Assembly: GCA_959601495.1 (NCBI GenBank)
Contig: CAUGPT010000003.1
Location: 2,222-66,221, forward strand
DNA from: an uncultured Eubacteriales bacterium
GTDB taxonomy: Bacteria; Bacillota; Clostridia; Oscillospirales; CAG-272
Direction: 5' to 3'
DNA length: 64,000 nt
Shown one piece after another: positions 52,541 to 60,800 of this stretch (within the stretch, counting starts at the first letter, position 1; each line of letters begins with the position of its first letter). The position numbers and the translations under genes were made by a program. The notes under the pieces were generated by a model. It ran no database searches. It saw nothing but the letters and a program-made list of their open reading frames with translations, and was not told where the DNA came from.

Positions 52541-53467
52541 ATGTATGATATAATCGTAGTCGGCGCGGGCTGCGCCGGACTTACGGCGGCGCTGTACGCC
52601 CGCCGCGCCGACAAAAGCGTGCTCGTACTTGAGCGCGGCACCTTCGGCGGTCAGATTACCTTTTCGCCGAAGGTCGAAAACTATCCCGGCATAAAGCAGA
52701 TGAGCGGCAACGAGTTTGCCGATATGTTTGTTGAGCAGGTGCTTGAGCAGGGTGCGGATATAGAACTCGGGTGCGCCGTCGGAATAGCGGCCGCGCCGAG
52801 CGGCGAGAAAACGGTCATCTGCGAGGACGGATCGGAGTATAGCGCAAAAGCCGTGATCCTTGCCACCGGCGCGCGGCACAGAACGCTCGGCGTCGAGGGT
52901 GAAGAAGCGCTTACGGGGCACGGCATCTCATACTGCGCCGTTTGCGACGGCGCATTCTACCGCGACACCGACGTTGCCGTTATAGGCGGCGGAAATTCGG
53001 CGCTGCAGGAAGCGCTTCAGCTTTCCGATATATGCAGAAAAGTCACCATTGTGCAGAATCTCGACACCTTTACGGGAGAGGCAAGACTGCTTGACGCGCT
53101 GAAAAAGCGGGACAATGTGGACTATATAACGGGCACCGTCGTCGCGGGCTTTGAGTCCGAGGAGGGAGAGCTGTCCGCCCTGGTTTTGCGGCGCGTCTCC
53201 GACGGCGAAAGCTCGCTTCTTAAGGTAAACGGCGCGTTTGTGGCTATCGGTCTTATCCCCGACAACGGCGCTTTTGCGGATGCGGTGCCCCTCGACGAGC
53301 GGGGATATTTTGACACGGACGAAAGCTGCACTTCTCCGTGCGAGGGCATATATACCGCGGGCGACTGCCGCGCCAAGGGCGTGCGTCAGCTTACCACCGC
53401 CGCCGCCGACGGCTCTGTAGCGGCGCTTGCCGCCTGCCGATATATCGACTCGCTGACCGAGGGCTGA
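52541..53467 (+). CDS. trxB: thioredoxin-disulfide reductase
   Basis: IIVVGAGCAGLTAALYA, redox-active CAVCDG, GGGNSALQEA. Confidence 0.9.
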   Translation: MYDIIVVGAGCAGLTAALYARRADKSVLVLERGTFGGQITFSPKVENYPGIKQMSGNEFADMFVEQVLEQGADIELGCAVGIAAAPSGEKTVICEDGSEYSAKAVILATGARHRTLGVEGEEALTGHGISYCAVCDGAFYRDTDVAVIGGGNSALQEALQLSDICRKVTIVQNLDTFTGEARLLDALKKRDNVDYITGTVVAGFESEEGELSALVLRRVSDGESSLLKVNGAFVAIGLIPDNGAFADAVPLDERGYFDTDESCTSPCEGIYTAGDCRAKGVRQLTTAAADGSVAALAACRYIDSLTEG

Positions 53468-53532
53468 GGACTACCTGCGGTCGGCCGCGACATTACGACA
53501 AAGTGCTGTAAAGAGGAGGACACGGCAAAAAT

Positions 53533-54177
53533 ATGGCAAATTATATTCTTTTTGACCTTGACGGTACTCTTACCGACCCGGGAGTGGGGATTACATCCTC
53601 GGTGCAGTATGCGCTGCGCGCGTACGGTATAGAGGTTGAGGACCGCACAAAGCTCAACTGCTTTATCGGCCCTCCCCTGCACGAATCGTTTATTAAATAC
53701 TACGGTTTTTCAAACCTTATGGCGTTTGACGCCATAACAAAATACCGCGAGTATTACAGCACCCGCGGCATATTTGAAAACGAGGTTTACGACGGCATAC
53801 CCGAGCTGCTTGCAGATCTTAAAGCGGCGGGAAAGACTGTCATTATGGCAACGTCGAAGCCGGAATGCTACGCAAGACAGATCGCCGATCACTTTGACAT
53901 TACAAATTATTTCGACTGCATCACGGGCAGCGAGCTTGACGGCCGCCGTGTGGACAAGGCGGAGGTCATAGAGTGCGCCCTTGAGCGCGTGGGCGAGCCC
54001 GACAGGGGCGAATGCCTTATGATAGGCGACAGGATGCACGATATTGTCGGCGCAAAGAAAGCAGGTATTTCTTCCGTCGGCGTTCTGTACGGCTACGGAA
54101 GCCGCGAGGAACTGACGGAAAACGGCGCGGACAGAATCGCCGAAAGCGTTTCCGGGCTTCGTGATATGCTGCTCTGA
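53533..54177 (+). CDS. HAD-IA family hydrolase (phosphoglycolate phosphatase-like)
   Basis: ILFDLDGTLTD, MATSKP, GDRMHDIVGA. Confidence 0.8.
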   Translation: MANYILFDLDGTLTDPGVGITSSVQYALRAYGIEVEDRTKLNCFIGPPLHESFIKYYGFSNLMAFDAITKYREYYSTRGIFENEVYDGIPELLADLKAAGKTVIMATSKPECYARQIADHFDITNYFDCITGSELDGRRVDKAEVIECALERVGEPDRGECLMIGDRMHDIVGAKKAGISSVGVLYGYGSREELTENGADRIAESVSGLRDMLL

Positions 54178-54193
54178 AATAAAATTTTGATCC

Positions 54194-54230
54194 GCCGGCA
54201 GAGGCTTTTCGTCTCTGCCGGCGCTTTTTT
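54194..54230 (+). terminator. rho-independent terminator
   Basis: GCCGGCAGAG-9 nt-CTCTGCCGGC-GCTTTTTT. Confidence 0.75.
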
Positions 54231-54320
54231 CGGCAGTTTATTTTCCTCCTTCGGCGGGCATAATATAGCTGACGCACCGCACTGCGGTGCGCGGTAAAAA
54301 ATCCGAAGGCAGGAAGGTTT

Positions 54321-54587
54321 ATGAAACACGAAGATAAAGAAAACAAAGTAAGAGACAAGGCGCTTGACAGCATCGTTGACGTCGTCAGCAGCGAGTCGGT
54401 AAATATTTACCCATGCTGCGAGATGGAAGACGGCATACGTCCCCGCGACACACCTGACGATCTTGCGGGCGGAGAGTTTTCCACCTATCCCGCAAACTGC
54501 TGCGGCTGCGGCTGCGGCACCGGCGGTGAGGACGCGAAAGACAAGGACGAGAAAAAAGGCTATCGCCTGCCCCCGCCGAGAAGATAA
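54321..54587 (+). CDS. hypothetical small acidic protein with a CCGCGCG motif
   Basis: RBS GGAAGG. 88 aa containing NIYPCCEMEDG and ANCCGCGCGTGGEDAKDKDEKK. No family recognised. Confidence 0.4.
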   Translation: MKHEDKENKVRDKALDSIVDVVSSESVNIYPCCEMEDGIRPRDTPDDLAGGEFSTYPANCCGCGCGTGGEDAKDKDEKKGYRLPPPRR

Positions 54588-54813
54588 ACAAAAGCGCCAT
54601 TATCCCCGGAGAGCGCACAGGAGGGCAACGTCGGCGGTGCAGCGGTAGCGCGGGTGATACCGTATTCTCCCGTGAAACGGCAGTCGGATAGCGCGGATAG
54701 CGATGCCGCAAATTCTGCGCGGCGCAGCGCAAGGCGCGGGCGATACCGCCCGCCCTGCTGTCTGCGTCTGCGGTCCTATGTGCAAAACGGCGGCAAGCGC
54801 GATCTTAGAACGT

Positions 54814-54844
54814 AAAAAGCGGCGGGTGCACCCGCCGCTTTTCT
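54814..54844. terminator. bidirectional rho-independent terminator
   Basis: AAAAAGCGGCGGGTGCACCCGCCGCTTTTCT. Confidence 0.75.
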
Positions 54845-54864
54845 GTCCTTATTGTCAACGGAAA

Positions 54865-55103
54865 CCTCCGGCTATGCCGGAGGAGGTATCCTCCGTAAAA
54901 AAGCTTTAGCTTCAAGCATCGAGCGAAGCGAGTTGCTAATGAAATATCAATCAAAATAGCACAGGCTTCAATTAGGTGTGGAATCACCCGTTTACGGGTA
55001 GCAGGGCAAGTGTTGCAAGCGAAAGAAATTTCAGTGCGTCTTTAGATGCTTGCCTGTAAAATGCCCTTACAGGGCTTATTCAAGCCTCCGGCTTAGCCGG
55101 AGG
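54865..55103. other. 239-bp structured non-coding element bounded by near-identical 19-nt palindromes (candidate ncRNA, 3'UTR element or MITE)
   Basis: CCTCCGGCTATGCCGGAGG (54865-54883) and CCTCCGGCTTAGCCGGAGG (55085-55103). Internal helices include CAAGCATC/GATGCTTG (long range), ACCCG-TTTA-CGGGT and CCTGTAA-7 nt-TTACAGG. There is no convincing ORF. Confidence 0.45.
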
Positions 55104-55141
55104 TCCTGACTTACATACGCCGCGATTCTTTGCGGCATTCA

Positions 55142-55648
55142 TCATATGCCCTTATATACATCGCAAATTTCCGCGATATACGTTTTGTGAAAATCGTTTT
55201 TCGGATAGTTTTTCATTATATCCCCGCAAAGCATATTCTCAGGCTTTATCATGTCGGTGTATATTTTCTTTGCGCATACGGCAAGATGCGCGCCCTCAAA
55301 TGTAACAAGTCCGTCGCCGAGCCTGCAAGGTGTAAGCCCCGCTTTTTCTATCTTCGGGCAGTCTCTGCCGCTGAGCGATCCGCATATCTTCAGCGCCTCG
55401 CGCTTTTCTCCGCCGAAAAACGAAAGCGTCATGACGTCCGAGCTTTCCGTAAACTCAAAAGTATAGCGCTGCGGGCGGATAAATACAAATGCCACGGGCT
55501 TGTTCCACAGAACGCCCATACCGCCCCAGCTTGCGGTCATGGTATTTACGCCCTTCTCCGTTTCGGCAGTGACGAGCATCCAGTCGTCGCCGATCATTTT
55601 GAAAACATTTCCGTCTATATCTTCCGGTCTGATCTTCTCAAAACTCAT
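55142..55648 (-). CDS. flavin reductase family protein (FMN-binding split barrel)
   Basis: MSFEKIRPEDIDGNVFKMIGDDWMLVTA...NTMTASWGGMGVLWNKPVAFVFIRPQRYT. GGAGG RBS. Confidence 0.75.
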   Translation of the reverse strand: MSFEKIRPEDIDGNVFKMIGDDWMLVTAETEKGVNTMTASWGGMGVLWNKPVAFVFIRPQRYTFEFTESSDVMTLSFFGGEKREALKICGSLSGRDCPKIEKAGLTPCRLGDGLVTFEGAHLAVCAKKIYTDMIKPENMLCGDIMKNYPKNDFHKTYIAEICDVYKGI

Positions 55649-55674
55649 ATATTGCCTCCGCACAAATCATTTTG

Positions 55675-56019
55675 TCAGAAGTTGGAGCCGTTCCATCCCC
55701 AATCAGTATACTCGGAATATGTGATATATATTCTCTCTGCGGGAATATTCAGCTCCTCAGAGAGCGTCTTGCAGACCGCGCCGGTCATACGGTCGTATGC
55801 CTCTCTGTGCGCTTTGCCGTAAATTTTCACCTGCACGAAAGCGGCGGGCTCATCGTTTCTGCCCCCAAGCCACAGACGGCAGTTATCGTCAAATTCGCAC
55901 ATGAGCCAGTTCTCGGACTTGCCGGGGATAGCCTCGAGCGCGCGGGCAAGCCTCTCTTTGAGAACCGCTTCTTTTTCGGGGGTGATGGTCACTGTTGTTT
56001 TTGTACCGATATAAGGCAT
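55675..56019 (-). CDS. MIF/tautomerase-superfamily protein (phenylpyruvate tautomerase-like)
   Basis: 114 aa with the catalytic-type Pro at position 2 (MPYIGTKTTV...) and a MIF-like length and pattern. Confidence 0.6.
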   Translation of the reverse strand: MPYIGTKTTVTITPEKEAVLKERLARALEAIPGKSENWLMCEFDDNCRLWLGGRNDEPAAFVQVKIYGKAHREAYDRMTGAVCKTLSEELNIPAERIYITYSEYTDWGWNGSNF

Positions 56020-56166
56020 TGCAGAAAACCTCTTTCTATAATATTTACGCTTATATTTTAATATATATTCTGCGAAAAAGCAACAGTTGATTTATACGGC
56101 GCGCGGTGCTATAATAATATATGCGGCAATGCCGCACATATTATTTTCAAGAAGGCTTTTTGACAT

Positions 56167-56364
56167 ATGGCTGACAAACAGAAAAATAAGACTACAAACT
56201 GCGAGGACTGCATGTATTTCGACTATGACGAAATGCTTGACGAAGACATATGCACCCTTGATCTTGACGAGGACGAAATGATACGGTTCATGGAGCATCC
56301 GTATTCAAGCTGTCCGTATTACAAGTTTTACGACGAATACAAAACCGTTCAGAAGCAGAACTGA
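56167..56364 (+). CDS. small Cys-containing acidic protein (hypothetical)
   Basis: MADKQKNKTTNCEDCMYFDYDEMLDEDICTLDLDEDEM...SSCPYYKFYDEY, followed by a strong terminator. Confidence 0.55.
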   Translation: MADKQKNKTTNCEDCMYFDYDEMLDEDICTLDLDEDEMIRFMEHPYSSCPYYKFYDEYKTVQKQN

Positions 56365-56365
56365 G

Positions 56366-56408
56366 AAAAGCCGCCGCGCGTCCCTGGTCGGGACGCGCGG
56401 CGGCTTTT
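56366..56408. terminator. bidirectional rho-independent terminator
   Basis: AAAAGCCGCCGCGCGTCCC-TGGTC-GGGACGCGCGGCGGCTTTT. Confidence 0.85.
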
Positions 56409-56423
56409 CCGCATTTGCGGAAT

Positions 56424-56990
56424 TTACTGCTTCGCTTTTTCTATTTTGGTGGTGGTCTCGTTTCTGAGTGCGTCGCGCAGCTTTGTAAGATACGGTGAAA
56501 ACGCCGCTTTATCAGCGCCGTATGTAAGGTTCAGCTCGTACTCGCGCGCTTCCCATGTGGAAATGTCCGACTCGTTGTGCTGAACGACCGCCTCCATATT
56601 GTCAAGCGCCTTATAGATCTTCGCTTCAACGGTCCCGAGCTCGCCCATCTCTTTATAAAGCGCCGCCATTTCCGTGCGGTACGGCTCGGGCAGGGTCTCC
56701 ACCCATGAACAGAGAAGCTTTTCTTCCGTTTTTTCGTCCGAATCGGTTTTGTTGAAGGACGGTATATCTCCCGTAAAGCACTCGCCTATGTCGTGGATAA
56801 GGCACATTTTCAAAACCTTGTCGCAGTCCGCCTCGGGAAATTCGTCTCTCATGAAATATGCCATAAGACAAAGCCGCCACGAATGCTCAGCAACGCTTTC
56901 GTGCCGCCCGCCTGAGGTATAGCAGTGTCTTGTAGCATCCTTAAGTCTTTCAGCGGTATGCAGAACTTTTATAAGCTCTTCGGGCTTCAT
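56424..56990 (-). CDS. HD domain-containing phosphohydrolase (YfbR-like 5'-deoxynucleotidase family)
   Basis: ESVAEHSWRL...CLIHDIGE (H...HD motif). ATG 56990 follows AGGAGG. Confidence 0.75.
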   Translation of the reverse strand: MKPEELIKVLHTAERLKDATRHCYTSGGRHESVAEHSWRLCLMAYFMRDEFPEADCDKVLKMCLIHDIGECFTGDIPSFNKTDSDEKTEEKLLCSWVETLPEPYRTEMAALYKEMGELGTVEAKIYKALDNMEAVVQHNESDISTWEAREYELNLTYGADKAAFSPYLTKLRDALRNETTTKIEKAKQ

Positions 56991-57086
56991 ATATGCACCT
57001 CCTGCATTTTTCGGGATCAAATGCCAAAGCCGCAGGCCGCCGGTATGACCGGCTGCCTGCGGCAATATTTATTTTTTCGGGTATTC

Positions 57087-58457
57087 TTATTTTGTTTCAC
57101 TCGCGTCCTTATCCGCCTTTTTCTTTTCGGGGAGGATAAGGTTTGTAAGGATACCGAGGATAAGTGCGCACGCAACCTCGGTGATGGTTACGGAACCGAA
57201 CTTGAGCACAAGTCCGCCGACACCTGCAATGAGGATGACTGATACGATAAAGAGGTTTCTGTTCTCGCCGAGGTCAACATCCTGTATCATCTTGAGACCG
57301 GATACTGCGATAAATCCGTACAGGGAAATGCATACGCCGCCCATTACGCAAGAGGGGATAGATGCAAGGAATGCAACGAAGGGAGCGAAGAAGGATGCGA
57401 TTATTGCAAGAATCGCAGTCGCAAGGATAGTCACAACGGAAGCGTTGCCGCTGATAGCAACACAGCCGATGGACTCGCCGTAGGTGGTGTTGGGGCAGCC
57501 GCCGAAGAACGCGCCTACCATTGAGCCGACGCCGTCACCCAGAAGAGTTCTGTGCAGGCCGGGATCCTCAAGAAGGTCATGCTCGATTATGGTGGAGATG
57601 TTCTTGTGGTCTGCAATGTGCTCTGCAAATACGACAAACGCAACGGGGACGTATGCTGCCGCGATAGTGCCTATGTAGGAGGCGATGCTGCCTGCGTCAC
57701 CGAAGTCATATCCGCCGCTGAACGCAGTCTCAAAGGTGAAGCTGGGCACCCACCGGAGATTTGAGAATGCGCTGTAGTCGATTATTTTCAGCGCGTCGAT
57801 GCCGGTATTGTTGCCGATTATTGTGAATATTGAAGCTACGATATATCCGGAGACGATACCGATTATAAAGGGGATCATCTTCATCATCTTTTTACCGAAC
57901 ACGGAACACAGCATCGTAACCGCAAGGGTAACCAGTGCGCAGATAAGGCAAACGCCTGCGTGTGCGTTCATTACAAACGCGCTGCCGTCCTTCGCGACGC
58001 CGACCGCGTCGCCGATAGCGTTGCCGGAGAGAGAAAGTCCGATGATTGCGACCGTAGGTCCGATAACGACTGCGGGCATAAGCTTTGAAATCCACTTAAC
58101 GCCTGCGAACTTTACGATAAGCGCGATGACGACGTAAACGAGGCCTGCCATTACCGCACCGATTATCATACCGAGGTATCCTGCAGAAGCGGAAACGCCG
58201 CCTGCGAACGCTGCAGCCATGGAGCCGAGGAACGCAAAGGAGGAGCCGAGGAACACGGGGCTTCTGAACTTTGTGAAGATAAGATAAACGATAGTGCCGA
58301 CACCCGCGCCGAACAGAGCGGCGGACTGTGACATACCGTTGCCGATTATCGCGGGTACCGCGATCGTTGCCGCAAGAATTGCGAGCAGCTGCTGAAGTGC
58401 GAATACAAGGGTTTTGCCAAACGAGGGCTTGTCCTTGACGCCGTAGACGAGTTTCAT
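57087..58457 (-). CDS. pyrP: uracil/xanthine permease (NCS2 family)
   Basis: 456 aa polytopic protein, ...VFALQQLLAILAATIAVP...TYGESIG... It lies directly downstream of pyrR, as in the Bacillus pyrR-pyrP arrangement. Confidence 0.8.
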   Translation of the reverse strand: MKLVYGVKDKPSFGKTLVFALQQLLAILAATIAVPAIIGNGMSQSAALFGAGVGTIVYLIFTKFRSPVFLGSSFAFLGSMAAAFAGGVSASAGYLGMIIGAVMAGLVYVVIALIVKFAGVKWISKLMPAVVIGPTVAIIGLSLSGNAIGDAVGVAKDGSAFVMNAHAGVCLICALVTLAVTMLCSVFGKKMMKMIPFIIGIVSGYIVASIFTIIGNNTGIDALKIIDYSAFSNLRWVPSFTFETAFSGGYDFGDAGSIASYIGTIAAAYVPVAFVVFAEHIADHKNISTIIEHDLLEDPGLHRTLLGDGVGSMVGAFFGGCPNTTYGESIGCVAISGNASVVTILATAILAIIASFFAPFVAFLASIPSCVMGGVCISLYGFIAVSGLKMIQDVDLGENRNLFIVSVILIAGVGGLVLKFGSVTITEVACALILGILTNLILPEKKKADKDASETK

Positions 58458-58510
58458 AAGAATACCTCCGAAATATTATTAGAAGCGGCACTGCCGCAGG
58501 TTAACTTTGT

Positions 58511-59047
58511 TTATCTGTCGCCGAGAAGCACGCGGTTTTCTCCGTCGTACTCGGAGACCTCAACGCAAACTATCTCATCATGAGAGGTAGGCACGTTTTT
58601 GCCCACATAATCGGGCTTTACGGGCAGTTCTCTGTGACCGCGGTCAATAAGCACCGCAAGCTGTATTGCCCTCGGTCTGCCGTGGGCGAATACCGCCTCA
58701 ATAGCGGCGCGCACCGTTCTGCCCGTATAGATAACGTCGTCCACAAGCACGACCGTTCTGTTCTCCACGCCGCCGGGCAGCCGCGTATCCGAGGATTCGG
58801 GCAGCGGAGAAATCTCGGAAAGGTCGTCGCGGTACAGGGATATATCAACGTATCCGACAGGGACCGACACGCCCTCGAACTTTTCGATATTTTTCGCAAG
58901 TATATCCGCAAGCGGTACACCGCGGCGTCGGATACCCACAAGCATTACGTTGTCGCAGCCGTGGTTTTTTTCTATTATCTCGTGGGTGATCCTCGCGAGA
59001 GAGCGCATCATCGCGGATTCATCCATAAGCTGAGCTTTGATATTCAT
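58511..59047 (-). CDS. pyrR: bifunctional pyr operon regulator / uracil phosphoribosyltransferase PyrR
   Basis: MNIKAQLMDESAMMRSLARITHEIIEKN...VLVDDVIYTGRTVRAA (PRPP motif). Start at ATG 59047 behind GGAGG. Confidence 0.9.
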   Translation of the reverse strand: MNIKAQLMDESAMMRSLARITHEIIEKNHGCDNVMLVGIRRRGVPLADILAKNIEKFEGVSVPVGYVDISLYRDDLSEISPLPESSDTRLPGGVENRTVVLVDDVIYTGRTVRAAIEAVFAHGRPRAIQLAVLIDRGHRELPVKPDYVGKNVPTSHDEIVCVEVSEYDGENRVLLGDR

Positions 59048-59204
59048 AAAGCGACCTCCGACAAAAAAAAGCCTTGCCATCGGCAAGACTCCACACACAA
59101 AAATATAACGCTGCCTCGGCAGCACTGTGTCGATCTTACCGGCTTCTCTGAACCGCTTAAAAATTCAACTGTTTAAGTATAGCATACAAAAAATGAATTG
59201 TAAA
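59048..59204 (-). promoter_or_regulatory. promoter and PyrR-binding transcription attenuator
   Basis: Minus strand: TTTACA, 17 nt, TATACT. The PyrR-box-like GGTTCAGAGAAGCCGG lies at plus 59139-59154. The terminator GGAGTCTTGCC-GATG-GCAAGGCTTTTTTTT lies at plus 59063-59092. Confidence 0.75.
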
Positions 59205-59365
59205 TAGTTTTTATCAAATTCTTCATTTTTCGGCAAAATGTCAGTAATGCCGCGCCGGATCGTTATAAAATCCTCATTTTGCACATTCGGAGCAGAATGA
59301 TACGCAAAAAGGCTGCCGAATGCAGCCTTTTTGTCTCATTATGCGGCACCGCGCAAAACCTTATA

Positions 59366-60652
59366 CTAAAGCTTCACGATAGAATAAAGCCCCGACAGCA
59401 CCGTCCACAAAGCGGGAAACGGGCGCATTATGTTCCAGACGCCGATGCCCGCAAGGGAGAATTCCGCCGCGAGAGACGCAAGCGCCTCAACGCTGCGCGC
59501 ATCCTGGAACCAGACCACGTGGCTGACCCCGTCCGCGTCGGTATAGTAGAAATACGGCGCCATGGCGTCAGTATCAAACTGTATGGCGACGCCGAGGCGT
59601 GCGGCAAGCTCCGTCGCCTCTCTCGCGGACAGCGACTCGGCGACGGTGACTCCGCGCTCGTACGGCAGCCGCCAGTCGTAGCCGTAGGACGGCAGCCCCA
59701 TAAAAATTTTCGCGGGCGGTATCGCGCCGACGGCATATTCCAAAACGCGCCGCACATTGCCCACGGGAGAGACCGCCATGGGCGGACCGTAGCTGTATCC
59801 CCACTCGTATGTCATGAGAAAGGCAAAATCCGCGGCGTTCCCCAAAGCGTCGTAGTTATGCGCCTCGTACAGAAGCCCGGGCATTGCGGCATATGTTTTG
59901 GGGGCAAGGTCGCAGAACACTGTATATCCTTCGCCGAGAGCCGCTTTCAGCCCCGCCACGAACGACGTATACGCGTCGGCGTTTTCTCCCGATATATATT
60001 CAAAATCGCATTCTATACCGCCGTATCCCTTTTCTCTGACGACCGAGACTGCGGCGTCCGTCACCGCCGCCGCAAGTGACGGATTTTCAAGTATCGTGTT
60101 TATAAGCTCGTTTGAAAACGTCCCCTGCGCCGTTATGGACGTAAGCATCATTACGGGTGTCGCCCCGTACTCCCGCGCAAGATCTATAAGCCGCGTATCG
60201 TCCTGACGCGGAGGGACAAGCGTGCCGTCAGGGTTCAGCCCGTATGAAAAAATCGAAAGATATGTAAGGTACGGCAGCGTCCGTCTCAGTGTTTCGTCGC
60301 TTATATACGTATACGCATAGCCGTTGGTCCTTTTTTCAAGCCCCAGCCGCGGCGCACCGTAGGATATGACTATGGTCTGCCCGGGGTATATCGCCTCCCT
60401 GCCGCCGAGAAGCGGATTGTTCTGCCACAGAACATTTTCGCTAACGCCGAAACGACGGGCAACGGACGAAAGCGTGTCGCCCGCCTCTACCGTGTATGTC
60501 AGCTCGGGTGTGCGCAGCACCAGCGCCTGACCCTCTGCAAGAGGGGTGCCCGGTGTGATTCCGTTATCCGCCGCTGCAAGCGCCGGAGAGAGCGAAAACT
60601 GCTCGGCTACGGACAAAAGCGTGTCGCCCGGGCGGACCGTATATATTATCAT
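59366..60652 (-). CDS. LysM-repeat glycoside hydrolase family 18 protein (YaaH/SleL-like spore peptidoglycan hydrolase)
   Basis: Two LysM repeats (YTVRPGDTLLSVAEQF, YTVEAGDTLSSVARRF) plus a GH18 core with GGIECDFEYI. Start ATG 60652 is preferred but uncertain. Alternatives are 60688 and 60814. Confidence 0.8.
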   Translation of the reverse strand: MIIYTVRPGDTLLSVAEQFSLSPALAAADNGITPGTPLAEGQALVLRTPELTYTVEAGDTLSSVARRFGVSENVLWQNNPLLGGREAIYPGQTIVISYGAPRLGLEKRTNGYAYTYISDETLRRTLPYLTYLSIFSYGLNPDGTLVPPRQDDTRLIDLAREYGATPVMMLTSITAQGTFSNELINTILENPSLAAAVTDAAVSVVREKGYGGIECDFEYISGENADAYTSFVAGLKAALGEGYTVFCDLAPKTYAAMPGLLYEAHNYDALGNAADFAFLMTYEWGYSYGPPMAVSPVGNVRRVLEYAVGAIPPAKIFMGLPSYGYDWRLPYERGVTVAESLSAREATELAARLGVAIQFDTDAMAPYFYYTDADGVSHVVWFQDARSVEALASLAAEFSLAGIGVWNIMRPFPALWTVLSGLYSIVKL

Positions 60653-60800
60653 AATACAAAGCTGCCTTTCTTTTTTCTTATGCTTCATTATATGAATATA
60701 AAATATTTGCGACACATTTTGAAAGTGCTGTTGCGGTTTCGCGGCAAAAGTAGTATAATATTTCAGAAAGCAATGCAAAAAAGCCGGAGGAGGAAGAATA

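Noticed and set aside
54805-54987. 60-aa minus-strand ORF inside the palindrome-bounded element
   Set aside because: It has no RBS, it spans the terminator hairpin, and its sequence is dominated by the structured repeats.
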